This document shows positions 54,517-64,000 of a stretch of 64,000 nucleotides of DNA, piece by piece; the first letter of the stretch is position 1; every line of letters starts with the position of its first letter. Source of the DNA: a virus (lineage: Duplodnaviria > Caudoviricetes). The notes below the pieces were generated by a model. That model saw nothing but the letters and a program-made list of their open reading frames with translations, did no database searches and was not told the origin of the DNA. The position numbers and the translations under genes were made by a program. Where the stretch lies: positions 1 to 64,000 of the IMG/VR virus record IMGVR_UViG_3300028888_000101; one strand, written 5' to 3'.

Positions 54517-54715
54517 TTGTTCTTGGTTTAAGGTTCAAAATAGTTTCTCCAACATCTCTTTTGTACATAGATACGGATACATTTGATGTAACATTGGCAG
54601 GTTGCTTTTCCAACTTTACTGTATCACCAGGAAAAATACTGATATACTCTCCGTCAAGATAATAAGTTCCTTCAGAACGGCTTTTATTTATAAGAACATA
54701 GTACGTTTTCTTCAT
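54491..54715 (-). CDS. small hypothetical protein
   Basis: AGGAG RBS; G....I.PG.TV.L beta motif. Confidence 0.65.
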   Translation of the reverse strand: MKKTYYVLINKSRSEGTYYLDGEYISIFPGDTVKLEKQPANVTSNVSVSMYKRDVGETILNLKPRTTKVVKKSR

Positions 54716-54746
54716 AATAATAACTCCTTATTAAAATATTTAATTA

Positions 54747-55808
54747 TTATATCGTTCTACCTTTATAATATCCTACAGGACATTCTTTAGCCTGAATGTT
54801 GTGAACACCGTCTGTATACCAATGCTTTCCGAGAGCACTTAGATTCTTTCTAGCATTTATTTTCCCTGGTCTATAACCTTCAGGACATTCAGCACCACGA
54901 TAATTTACTACACCATTTGTAAACCATTTCATATTTGTTTTATCATGTTCTTTTCCACGATGTGCATCAGCAGCTTTTTTAATCCATTCTTCTGTATGAA
55001 TTACTTTTTTACAGCTTTCAGACATTCTGCGTTTGTACTCTTCATCATGAACCGTTCCTCTATTAGCATCTCCAATTTTCTTTTTGGTTTCTTCAGAAAG
55101 ATGAGTACCACGTCTAGTCTCATATTGTGCCTGATGTGCTGCATATTCTTCTTCAGAATATTTTCTACCCTTCAACCTGTCTGACATAGCCTGTCTAGCC
55201 TCAGGATGTTCCACATAATGTCTTTTAATACCCTCAGAGACTTTCTGAATATATTCTGGATTCTTACAAAGTTCTGTCATTCTCTGTGACATACCCTCAC
55301 GCACTTCAGGATGGTCGTTATAATACTGTTTCATATATTCTGAATGTTCCTGCTTACGTTCAGGATGTTCAGCATAATGTTTATTCATGCGTTCAGAAAC
55401 CTTTTGACGTTCTTCAGGGTCTTCGTAACGTTTCTTCATACGGTTGGATATTTCCTGTTTTGCCTCAGGATGGTTCTTATAGTATTCTTTAAGAGCCTCT
55501 GAATTATTACGATATTTCTTGACAAATTTCTTGATATACTCACGTCTTGATTTAACAGAAACATGAACTTTTGTATGTTCAGAATCAGTTAAAAATATTA
55601 ATTCTGAAGCAGGTCTATGATAATATAAGTTATGTTCGATTAAATATTTCCTTGATAATTCTTTAGTTCTTAAATCTCCATTTTCATCATGCGTTTCTAG
55701 TCTATGATGACAATGCCATGTTCTATTTTCATCTTTTACGCAATCATCATAATTTTCAATTAAATTTAAATCATCTTTACAAAATGCATAAGCGTTTACA
55801 GAATACAT
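54747..55808 (-). CDS. free-standing HNH endonuclease with NUMOD3-like repeats
   Basis: WHCHHRLETH...FLT.SEH; EHPE..Q..S.RM repeats; HLSEETKKKIG; WFTNG/WYTDG. Confidence 0.85.
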   Translation of the reverse strand: MYSVNAYAFCKDDLNLIENYDDCVKDENRTWHCHHRLETHDENGDLRTKELSRKYLIEHNLYYHRPASELIFLTDSEHTKVHVSVKSRREYIKKFVKKYRNNSEALKEYYKNHPEAKQEISNRMKKRYEDPEERQKVSERMNKHYAEHPERKQEHSEYMKQYYNDHPEVREGMSQRMTELCKNPEYIQKVSEGIKRHYVEHPEARQAMSDRLKGRKYSEEEYAAHQAQYETRRGTHLSEETKKKIGDANRGTVHDEEYKRRMSESCKKVIHTEEWIKKAADAHRGKEHDKTNMKWFTNGVVNYRGAECPEGYRPGKINARKNLSALGKHWYTDGVHNIQAKECPVGYYKGRTI

Positions 55809-55948
55809 AAATATGTCCTCAAATTATATATTTTATGATACTATTTATATCATTATTGCCTTTTTGTGTAAAGTATTATTAACCTAATTGCAATAAATGA
55901 TACTTAGCATAAATTACAATCTTTTTTTTTTGAAAAGGAGGCTGTTAA

Positions 55949-56965
55949 GTGGGACAAGTAAATGTCGGAACGCAAAGCATTGGATGGAAATATAGTACAC
56001 CACTTCAAGCAGATTATCTTAATACATTTATTTCAGGAATCTCAACACCGGGTCTTTTGAGTAGACCTAAGATTGAAGTTATATCTACAAACAATGGTGC
56101 TACCGTTACAATAAAACCATTCTCATTACTTATAAATCCTACCGATTCTGAAAAGTATGTTACAGAGGATGGAAAGACTTTCTATCCTAGACTTGTAAAA
56201 ATTACCACAGCTGATAACGCTATTCTTACAGTATTTCCTGAAACTGTAGCAATTGGATTTACATATAGTTTCAAAGATGAAGGTGTAGCAAAACCTTCTT
56301 GGTATGGTGATTTTATGACACTTGACCAATATACGGTTGGTGAATTTGAAGGTGTTATTGTTGCAACATGTCAGAGTAAGACATTGACTGGCGGTACTAC
56401 ATTGTACTCTGTATCAACAAGTGGTGCAGATATCAGTAACGCTTTACTTATTGCTGAGGGTTGGAATCCTAGAAAATGGTTGAGTCTTGTTCATCCTAAA
56501 CGAAGTGCTTTTGGTAGTCAGGGTGTAAAGGGCATTTATAATCGTCTTGAAATCCGTTCTGACAATGATTTGTACAGGGGATATATCAATGGAAATCTTG
56601 GTACTATATCTTTACAAACTGCAGCAGATGTGACTATTCAGATTGACCCTAACGAGGCTGTACCAGGAACAGACCCTTACAATGAACGTGGTAAGATGAC
56701 CTATAACTATAACACTTACAGATTACAGACTAGAGGATTTGAGAAAGCACAATGCGGTAATTCACTTCCTATCGTAAGAACATCTGGCGGTATTTTTGCT
56801 TTTGTAGATGCAACTGATGTTAACTATGCAATTGCACATGAAGGTAGTGGTTCTCTTACTCCTGAACAGCAGCAGAATGGTTTTGCCAATAAATTAAAGA
56901 TATCTCCTGTTGAGCAGGAAGACATCAATATTTATTACTATAACAATACTTTAACCATAAATTAA
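55949..56965 (+). CDS. putative baseplate/tail structural protein
   Basis: GTG start with AGGAGG; directly upstream of the sheath. Confidence 0.6.
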   Translation: MGQVNVGTQSIGWKYSTPLQADYLNTFISGISTPGLLSRPKIEVISTNNGATVTIKPFSLLINPTDSEKYVTEDGKTFYPRLVKITTADNAILTVFPETVAIGFTYSFKDEGVAKPSWYGDFMTLDQYTVGEFEGVIVATCQSKTLTGGTTLYSVSTSGADISNALLIAEGWNPRKWLSLVHPKRSAFGSQGVKGIYNRLEIRSDNDLYRGYINGNLGTISLQTAADVTIQIDPNEAVPGTDPYNERGKMTYNYNTYRLQTRGFEKAQCGNSLPIVRTSGGIFAFVDATDVNYAIAHEGSGSLTPEQQQNGFANKLKISPVEQEDINIYYYNNTLTIN

Positions 56966-57001
56966 GTTATATATTTTTAATAATACTAAAGGAGAATTAC
57001 A

Positions 57002-59413
57002 ATGGATAAGGAAAGTGGAGTATATCTCACCATAACAGACAACTCGTTCCAAACACCTGGTGCTTCAAATATGAAAACCTTGGTCACAATGCTGACCACT
57101 AAGGGTAAATTGGGATTGAACCTTGTAACTGCAAATGACTTCAAAGACATTCTCGGATATGACTTGAAATACAATTCTAATTACTACGGATTGGGTAGTT
57201 TGTTGGAAGATGTTAGTTATGCTTATGTATGGCGTCTTAATCAGAATGCTAAACTTGCAAATGCATACTTTACGTCAACTGAAACAATTAAGGCTAGTAA
57301 GGCAGATGCCGAATCGTTTGCAGACATTACTGAATTGGACCCTAAACCAATCTTGGCCGCAGCACTTAAAGATGTAGGAAATCCTCAGACTACAGCCATT
57401 AAGTTTACACCTGTTGCAGACGAAAGCACAGTTATGAACGAATTCCCTCAGCCTTCAAGTCCACAGGAAATGGTGTTCCCTGATGTTTCTGAAACTGAGA
57501 CTGCTACTTATGACGGTAAACAAATCAAAGGTGCTTGTATCTTCTATAACTCTTCAGACAACGCTCCTGTAGCTGTTATCAAAGAAAATAAAGAAGGTCA
57601 GCTCACTCTTTATAAAATCGCTGACGGTGCTATTGAAGATGATGTTTATAAGACAATCAGTACAAACACTTGGACTGACGGAACAAACTTCTATGGTGCA
57701 GACACACTTCCTATGGAAGAACCTGAGGGTGAACATACAACACCAAAGAATATTGGTGAAGTATCTATCGGTACTTACTCAGTAACAAACGATGTTTGGA
57801 ATGTAGGTTCTACAGACCTCAATCAGGATGTGGAAATTATCATTCCTTCAGGTACAGCAGGTACAGCTGTTACATTGTGTGAAGGCTATGTTGCTACAAG
57901 TAGCGATAGTCCACTTATTCCTGGAAATCTTTATATCACAAATGACGGTGGTTCTACATTTGCTGTTGTAACAAGTTTGAGTAAAGTTTATTCAGGCATT
58001 GTTTCAACTGTAGTAGGTGGTGAAATTGCCGCAAAACTTACAGACATTTATACCAACTCACGTTTCAGTAATCTTCAGTATGTTCCTTACACAGAAGATG
58101 TTAGTACAGGATTCTATAAGAAGATTGTAAATACAGGTGTTACAAGTTGGTATAAGGTTGAGGCATTCACAAGTTCTACACTCGTTACAGTAAGTTACGA
58201 AGAAACAAACACAGATATCATAGCCGCACTCAATGGTGCTACACCTAAAGAAATATCGTTCACAACATACTCTTATGAAGTTGAAGTTGAAAATAATTCT
58301 TGTGGTATTGCATCATGGAATGGAACAGAACTTACCGTTATAATGACAAAAACTGTTTCTAAAGATTCATTCTGGAATGTACATACTATTCCTTCTGTTG
58401 TTACAGATTGGACTGTTACTGTTGCCTCTTATACAAACAATCAGTATAAGACTATGGAAACAGCAACAATCAGTACAGATACAGAATCAGAATACTATTG
58501 GAAGAATGTTACTCTGTCAAACATTGATTTGTATATTCAGAGTTCTATTCCTTCAAATTGGGCATCTCCAAGATATTACTTTACACTTGATAATGGTTCT
58601 AACGGTGACCCATCAATTATCGCTTCTGATATTGATGTATCTGTTCTTGAACAGTGCGGTTGTAACGTATTAGCAACAAACGGTATTACCAATTATAAAG
58701 TTATTAATAAGATTGCTCAGAAAGGTGAAGGATTATTCATTCATTCTTTTGGTGATGCTCCAGCTTATGCAAAATATGCTGACCTTGAAAATTGGATGAG
58801 AAACGTTTATCGAAGTCAGTATCTTGCAATTGGTGCTAGACCAGACCAGGTAGAGATTGATGAAGATGAATATATCTATGTTTATCCTTCTGTAAACTAT
58901 GTTAAGATTTTGGCTCGTATGTATAATCAGTATCAAAATCTCAACTATCCACCTGCAGGTTTCACTTACGGTACAATTTCTGTTGAAAACCTTATCACTT
59001 GTGATTATGAGAATTACGGTGATGAACTTAAGACAAATCGTATTAACTGGCAGAGAACTAAGAACCGTGGTTCAGTAATGTGGGAACAGAGAACTACATA
59101 TTCACTTGATACTGACCTTAGTTACATTGCACCTAACTTTATCGTAGACGGATTGCGTGAACAGTTAATTGAATTTGAGGAACAGTTCAATTTCCGTTAT
59201 ATGAGTCCAACAGACTTACTTAATCAGGAGTCAGGTATTAAATCAATACTTGATGACTATGTAACAAAGGGATTCATATACAAGTATGAACTCGAAGTTC
59301 CGACTTATGCAGAGGCACAGAAAGCCGGAAGAACCCTTACAATCAAGATTGGTGTAGCACTTGCTAAGGATGCAGAAGTTATCTACATCAACATCAACTT
59401 GAACAACGGTTAG
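57002..59413 (+). CDS. contractile tail sheath protein with a large inserted domain
   Basis: SGVYLTITDNS N-terminus; C-terminal NYPPAGF.YG, LKTNRINW, W.QRT, L.YI, L.IKIGV...K.AE.I.INI. Confidence 0.85.
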   Translation: MDKESGVYLTITDNSFQTPGASNMKTLVTMLTTKGKLGLNLVTANDFKDILGYDLKYNSNYYGLGSLLEDVSYAYVWRLNQNAKLANAYFTSTETIKASKADAESFADITELDPKPILAAALKDVGNPQTTAIKFTPVADESTVMNEFPQPSSPQEMVFPDVSETETATYDGKQIKGACIFYNSSDNAPVAVIKENKEGQLTLYKIADGAIEDDVYKTISTNTWTDGTNFYGADTLPMEEPEGEHTTPKNIGEVSIGTYSVTNDVWNVGSTDLNQDVEIIIPSGTAGTAVTLCEGYVATSSDSPLIPGNLYITNDGGSTFAVVTSLSKVYSGIVSTVVGGEIAAKLTDIYTNSRFSNLQYVPYTEDVSTGFYKKIVNTGVTSWYKVEAFTSSTLVTVSYEETNTDIIAALNGATPKEISFTTYSYEVEVENNSCGIASWNGTELTVIMTKTVSKDSFWNVHTIPSVVTDWTVTVASYTNNQYKTMETATISTDTESEYYWKNVTLSNIDLYIQSSIPSNWASPRYYFTLDNGSNGDPSIIASDIDVSVLEQCGCNVLATNGITNYKVINKIAQKGEGLFIHSFGDAPAYAKYADLENWMRNVYRSQYLAIGARPDQVEIDEDEYIYVYPSVNYVKILARMYNQYQNLNYPPAGFTYGTISVENLITCDYENYGDELKTNRINWQRTKNRGSVMWEQRTTYSLDTDLSYIAPNFIVDGLREQLIEFEEQFNFRYMSPTDLLNQESGIKSILDDYVTKGFIYKYELEVPTYAEAQKAGRTLTIKIGVALAKDAEVIYININLNNG

Positions 59414-59424
59414 AAGTAACTATA

Positions 59425-59451
59425 AGGGTGATGAAATACTCACCCTTTATT
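59425..59451 (+). terminator. hairpin/terminator after the sheath gene
   Basis: AAGGGTGA/TCACCCTT plus T-rich tract. Confidence 0.6.
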
Positions 59452-59472
59452 TCAATATAAAGGAGATATAAA

Positions 59473-60036
59473 ATGCCATTATCTTGTGAGAATGTACATG
59501 CAACTATTGGAGATTATCAGCGTAACTATCTATATAAACTCTTTATTGAAAACGTTCCTGCTGTAGTTAGTGCTGCACTTCCTACCGCTCTTACTTTTCA
59601 GAAAGAATGTGATATCTACAACCTGAAAGCTGTATTCCCTGATAGAAAGACAAATAAAAAGGAAATGAAGTGGTCAGGTGAATTTTTCTATATCCCTACT
59701 ACTGAGGCAAACACTAAGGAATCAGATTTTGATTTCGTAGATGATGAATACATGACTTGTTATGACTTTTGGAGTGAACTTAAGAATCTTACAGGTAACG
59801 AAGAAAATCAGGCAGGTGTGTTTGGTGTTCAGTCTAAGTTTAATATTGGTGTTGCTAAAGTTTCTGTAGACAAGGAAACCATTACAGCTTACAGACGACT
59901 TGTTGGCTGTCGTGTTTATGAAATTGACTCAGGTGAAGGTCTTTCTAAAGAAGGTGATGATATCACTAAAGTTAGAGTAAACATCAAATGGGACAAAAAC
60001 GTAGAAGACAAATCAATGCGTGGTAAGCAGATTTAA
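59473..60036 (+). CDS. tail tube protein
   Basis: Follows the sheath; QR.YLYK..I, FP.R, F.F.DDE....Y.FW.E, Y.L.GC, V.I.WD pattern of gp19-like tubes. Confidence 0.75.
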   Translation: MPLSCENVHATIGDYQRNYLYKLFIENVPAVVSAALPTALTFQKECDIYNLKAVFPDRKTNKKEMKWSGEFFYIPTTEANTKESDFDFVDDEYMTCYDFWSELKNLTGNEENQAGVFGVQSKFNIGVAKVSVDKETITAYRRLVGCRVYEIDSGEGLSKEGDDITKVRVNIKWDKNVEDKSMRGKQI

Positions 60037-60048
60037 GGAGCATAATTA

Positions 60049-60849
60049 ATGCGACCTGAAACCCTACCTTTAATTTCAGACTACAAGAAAGAATATAAAT
60101 TCCTCTGGTTGGTTACTGCCAATCAGGGCGAATCTGTCTCACGAACAGCAATGGCTTATAACGGTTCTTCTTTACAAGAAATCACGAAGAACATTTCTAT
60201 CCGTCAATTCATGAACAACAAAAACGTTGACGGAATGGAACTTTTTGAAGCCGTTGTTATGAATCCTATATTCAACGGATATGTTTCTCAATTAGCACAG
60301 ACTGTAAATATTCCTGATGATGAGTTTGACTCGGAAAATATTCCACAAGGTCCTGTAGATTACAAAATGCCTACTCGTGTAAAGATGGAAGATATCATTG
60401 TAACTTATCTTGAGGATAGTCTTGAGACTGTTTACAACTTTCATAAGGCTTGGTTTCAGGCAATACGTTGTGGTAAAGGTGTTGGTATAAACAGTCCGTC
60501 TTTATTCTCGGCAACAGCTCGTTATATTCCATTTGAAGATACAATGCTTGCTACAGAATATCTTATGTTCAAGAATCAGTTTATGCAGAACATTAATAGT
60601 TTTATCTCAAGTTATGCTACGCCAAGTTTACCTATGGGTGCTAAGGCTACATCTGTTCAGACATATCCTAAAATTTATCCTTATAAGATTCATAGAAGTC
60701 CTGCAAAACATGACGGTGATGATATTGCCACCGTTGAAGTAACTTATGCACGAATACCTACTTTCGAAAAGAAACATACCGCATTACAGATGTGGGATGG
60801 TACTTCTTGGAGAAACACTAATAATGATTTAAGTTATTTTACAGTTTAG
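60049..60849 (+). CDS. tube-like baseplate protein (gp48/gp54-type), putative
   Basis: K.P.RV.MEDI.VTYLED...VY.FH..W; YP.KI; V.V.Y. Confidence 0.55.
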   Translation: MRPETLPLISDYKKEYKFLWLVTANQGESVSRTAMAYNGSSLQEITKNISIRQFMNNKNVDGMELFEAVVMNPIFNGYVSQLAQTVNIPDDEFDSENIPQGPVDYKMPTRVKMEDIIVTYLEDSLETVYNFHKAWFQAIRCGKGVGINSPSLFSATARYIPFEDTMLATEYLMFKNQFMQNINSFISSYATPSLPMGAKATSVQTYPKIYPYKIHRSPAKHDGDDIATVEVTYARIPTFEKKHTALQMWDGTSWRNTNNDLSYFTV

Positions 60850-60879
60850 ATGTTCTAAAATTATATTAGAGGTATATCT

Positions 60880-61686
60880 ATGAAACGTACATTCAAAATG
60901 CCAGCCCCACAGCTGTCTTATCTTAAAGAAGTAAATATTGATTTGGACATGAGTGGCAGACACTACGCTTTACTCGCAAAAGCCAAAGGAAAATTACCTG
61001 AAGATGTAGCACTCTCTATTCTTAAAGACCTCATGGAAGAAGATGCCAATATGCTTACATTAGCTGAACTTAGGTATCTTTTTATGATGGTTAAAATAAA
61101 TAATCTTGAAAATGATTACGTTGTAGATATTGAATGCCAGAATATTAATACTAAAAAGAAAAAGATTTGTGGTTGTATAAATCATGTTAAAGTTCAATTA
61201 CAGGATTCAGACTTGAATCCTACACCTTCCGATTATACACCACCAAAGATTAAATTCAGACGTGATGGCACAGAAAAAGAATATAGTGTTATTCCACCAA
61301 CTGTTAAACAGATTAGTCAATTATATGATTTCTTTATAACTCAGAAATCAGCTGACCAGATAAAAATCATAAATGATGATGTATTATCTGATGAGTTTAA
61401 TTTTCTTTACGGAATATTACATCTTAGAGATAATGAGGGAAATTGTTTTGTAAAAGATACAGACAATTTTGAAGACTTATTAGACATAGGATTATGTGAA
61501 GACGGTAAAACACCTAAACCAACAGTAAGGAATCTTAATAAATTCTCTGTTATTAGAGAACTATTAAAAGATGTTATAGAGGTAGGTGCTTACGGTGTTC
61601 AGGAAACAGTAGTAGATGCTAACTGTAAGGAGTGTGGTGGACGTATGATTGTCCCTATTCCCTTACTCGATGGACTCCTTGATTAA
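60880..61686 (+). CDS. baseplate hub assembly / tail chaperone protein (T4 gp26-like)
   Basis: LT..E..YL...K; C...CG..N.V.V.L; C-terminal CKECG...VPIPL. Confidence 0.6.
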   Translation: MKRTFKMPAPQLSYLKEVNIDLDMSGRHYALLAKAKGKLPEDVALSILKDLMEEDANMLTLAELRYLFMMVKINNLENDYVVDIECQNINTKKKKICGCINHVKVQLQDSDLNPTPSDYTPPKIKFRRDGTEKEYSVIPPTVKQISQLYDFFITQKSADQIKIINDDVLSDEFNFLYGILHLRDNEGNCFVKDTDNFEDLLDIGLCEDGKTPKPTVRNLNKFSVIRELLKDVIEVGAYGVQETVVDANCKECGGRMIVPIPLLDGLLD

Positions 61687-61873
61687 TGAGCCAGTCCGAC
61701 AGTATCACGCTTTCTTCGAAGACAGTATAATATATCTTTCACTTCTCGGGCTTGGTTCTGTTGATGATATTCTCAATATGAAAATGAATGAGATTACCGA
61801 AATCAAACAAATCATGAGAAGTGACGAGATGAAGAAACTCAGATATAATTTGCTTGGAATACCTACAGAGTAA
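61649..61873 (+). CDS. small tail assembly protein
   Basis: Lies between the hub gene and tape measure; D.ILNM...EI pattern; start uncertain (TTG 61649 or ATG 61670). Confidence 0.5.
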   Translation: MSLFPYSMDSLINEPVRQYHAFFEDSIIYLSLLGLGSVDDILNMKMNEITEIKQIMRSDEMKKLRYNLLGIPTE

Positions 61874-61902
61874 AGTTAAATATTACATATAGAGGTATAC
61901 TC

Positions 61903-63540
61903 ATGGCAACATATTCACGTTCACAAACAACTACTCAAACATCACAGTCCGCAGCAATGCCAAGTATGGACATAAGTTCATTACTTGTCAAAACTATGGA
62001 AAATGTCATGAATGACAAAGAAGATGATGATAAAGGTTTTGAAGAAAGTGTTACCAATGGTATAAATAACTCGGACCTTCTCAAAGATAAGACAAAGCAA
62101 GATACAGACAAAGAACTTGCCGACTTACTCAAAGACAAGAAGAATTCGGATAAGGAATTATCAAATCTTCTTAAAGATACTAATAAGAATACCAAGGAAA
62201 GTAAGAAAGAAAGTTCAGGTAAACTTGTGGGTGCAAGTGCTCTTGGTGCAAGTATAGGTGCTTTATTCAAATCTAAATCTATAGGACAGGCTACAGGTGC
62301 TGTCGTAGGTGGTGCAGGAAAAGCAGCTGGTGGATTGATATCGGGTGTTGGAAATGTAGGCGGTAGTCTTATTGCAGGTGTAGGTAAACTCTTTGGCCCT
62401 ATCGGTGGAATTATTGGTAAGGCTGTAGGAACTGCTGTAGCCGTACCGTTCAAAGCTGTTGGTGGTCTTATTACAGGTGCTATAGGTGGACTTGGAAAAT
62501 TACTTAGTTCACCGTTAAAAGAACTCGTTACTAAAGGTGCATTAATTGTTGGTGTACTTTCTCAACTGTTTGTATTCCTCGAAGGACTATTAGCGAAGTT
62601 TATTGCTCAGAAAGATATTAAGTGGATTGATTTCATGAGTAAATTGAAATCCTCTATATCAATGATACCAAGTAAACTCAAATTAAATTTGGAACAAATT
62701 CTCTCAAAAGTAAGAATTATGGGTAAACCTATTTTTGGTTCACTGACTGATGATGAAGAAAAAGAATTGGGTGAACTTGGTACACGTGCAAAGTTTGGTG
62801 ATAAAAATGACCCATTATATCAGTACGACCAATTGTTGAATAATAAGAAAACAGGTATTGCAGCAAAAGAACAAGAGTTACAAAAACTTGAAGCTACAAT
62901 GCAAGAAGAATATACACGTGCTACTGGCGGTACATTGGATTTGTCTAAATATAATTTGAATACTACAGCTGGTAAAGAGGCACTGAAAGCTGATTGGTTA
63001 TCACAACTTCCTGAAGATGAAAGAGCTGCTATGGCAGAAACTATAAATAGCAGATTATCAGATTATTCATATATGTCAGGTTCGTTAGATGATGCTAAGA
63101 AACGTGCAGCATACCTTGAAAAAACTAATCCTGAAATCGCAAGATACAAAGAACTTAGTGATATGGCAAACACACCACGAACTAAAGAATGGTATGATGA
63201 GCAGATGACTAAGTTAGATGATGAACAGTCACAGAAACAGGCGGATTATTTTGCTCAGGGATTATATGACTATTCTCAGAAGAAAGGTGGTCTTACAGAG
63301 TATCAACAAACTTATGCCAATAAACTTCATGCAGGTTCTGTAGATACTGTTAAAGGAATGTATGCTGCAAATAATGAAGTTCTTACAACTAAAGATGCCA
63401 CAGGTGCAGAACGTTTCTTAAATAATCAGTACAAGGCTTGGACAGATTCTTGGTCTAAGATGTTCAAAGACCTTAAGCAAGATATTGGAATTGATATCAA
63501 ACAGAAAGTAGATAGACCTAATCCAAATGTAAGTAGGTAA
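61903..63540 (+). CDS. tape measure protein
   Basis: Gly/Ala-rich amphipathic repeats plus helical region; position. Confidence 0.75.
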   Translation: MATYSRSQTTTQTSQSAAMPSMDISSLLVKTMENVMNDKEDDDKGFEESVTNGINNSDLLKDKTKQDTDKELADLLKDKKNSDKELSNLLKDTNKNTKESKKESSGKLVGASALGASIGALFKSKSIGQATGAVVGGAGKAAGGLISGVGNVGGSLIAGVGKLFGPIGGIIGKAVGTAVAVPFKAVGGLITGAIGGLGKLLSSPLKELVTKGALIVGVLSQLFVFLEGLLAKFIAQKDIKWIDFMSKLKSSISMIPSKLKLNLEQILSKVRIMGKPIFGSLTDDEEKELGELGTRAKFGDKNDPLYQYDQLLNNKKTGIAAKEQELQKLEATMQEEYTRATGGTLDLSKYNLNTTAGKEALKADWLSQLPEDERAAMAETINSRLSDYSYMSGSLDDAKKRAAYLEKTNPEIARYKELSDMANTPRTKEWYDEQMTKLDDEQSQKQADYFAQGLYDYSQKKGGLTEYQQTYANKLHAGSVDTVKGMYAANNEVLTTKDATGAERFLNNQYKAWTDSWSKMFKDLKQDIGIDIKQKVDRPNPNVSR

Positions 63541-63545
63541 TTGAT

Positions 63546-64000
63546 ATGGCAATATTAAATATACTTAAATCCTTAGACCTTCCTGTATTAGGAAAGAGTA
63601 CGTATAGAACAGAGGACCAATTCTTATCCAATAACGAATTCCAATTATCAAACGGTGCGTTAGGTCAGTTAATGGGAAATAACGCTGCCGCTAATCCTCA
63701 AGAAATAATGATTGCTTGTAAAGGTAAACGAAGACGTGTAATTGGATATTTGTCTCAAGGTGTAAAGTTAGTAGGTACTTCTGAATGGGAAGATTTAGTT
63801 TCTACAAATGGTATCTCAGAAATGAGCCAAGGCGTATCAACAATCAACAAACTTGGACAACTTGGATTTGCAGGTAAAAATACGCAAGGTGGTTCTACGG
63901 CAGGTTCTGTTATTCAACAACCTTGGCTTGACCGTAAGTTTTGGAAACACAGTAAATCATTTGACCTCAATTTTGATTTTAATCTTGTTGCCGAATCTTC
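63546..64000 (+). CDS. baseplate-associated protein (partial, runs off the window)
   Basis: Open frame MAILNILKSLDL...W....S..L.FDF.LVA after the tape measure. Confidence 0.6.
   Translation, partial: MAILNILKSLDLPVLGKSTYRTEDQFLSNNEFQLSNGALGQLMGNNAAANPQEIMIACKGKRRRVIGYLSQGVKLVGTSEWEDLVSTNGISEMSQGVSTINKLGQLGFAGKNTQGGSTAGSVIQQPWLDRKFWKHSKSFDLNFDFNLVAES

Noticed and set aside
34897-55808. Group I introns around the HNH genes
   Set aside because: Both HNH ORFs lie between intact genes and antisense to them; no split host gene.
59-62453. Numerous antisense or alternate-frame ORFs in the track (for example 858-, 14046-, 17413-, 41384+, 61935-)
   Set aside because: They overlap better-supported genes, lack RBSs and have shadow-like composition.
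1-64000. Stop-codon reassignment
   Set aside because: TAA, TAG and TGA all end long well-formed genes, coding density is high in code 11, and no suppressor tRNA was seen.

Overview
A 64 kb, AT-rich, densely coding segment of a large contractile-tailed (myovirus-type) phage genome in the standard genetic code. Overlapping spanin-like genes and LFISC/TMTSC lipoboxes point to a diderm host; a FliM-like peptide hints at a spirochaete such as Treponema (inference). Layout: (1) 1-17.4 kb, many small accessory ORFs plus a CHAP hydrolase, ThyX-like, HAD and MazG genes, holin- and spanin-like genes; (2) 17.4-29.5 kb, head/neck genes including a T4 gp20-like portal, interrupted by single-gene islands with host sigma70-type promoters; (3) 29.7-33.5 kb, a minus-strand accessory block; (4) 33.6-50 kb, fibre/adhesin-like genes, two GT2 glycosyltransferases and three tandem Gp10_C-like paralogs; (5) 51-53.4 kb, primase and tRNA-Gln on the minus strand; (6) 53.5-64 kb, tail terminator-like, sheath, tube, hub and tape-measure genes. 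Major capsid, terminase and polymerase genes were not recognised in the window. The most novel-looking signal is a set of non-coding RNAs, most sitting behind a repeated phage promoter motif (ATTCTAATATTA): tRNA scaffolds with rebuilt anticodon arms (11.2-11.6 kb), small RNAs displaying anti-Shine-Dalgarno sequences (13.7-13.9 kb; a third at 23.15 kb lies in a 3' UTR), and a three-unit repeat-plus-variable-hairpin array trailing tRNA-Gln (53.1-53.3 kb). Also notable are a 42-aa peptide resembling the CheY-binding N-terminus of FliM, and a mosaic gene family built from shared short DNA modules, one member of which sits between 47-bp direct repeats. All family assignments are by-eye motif recognition, with no database searches.
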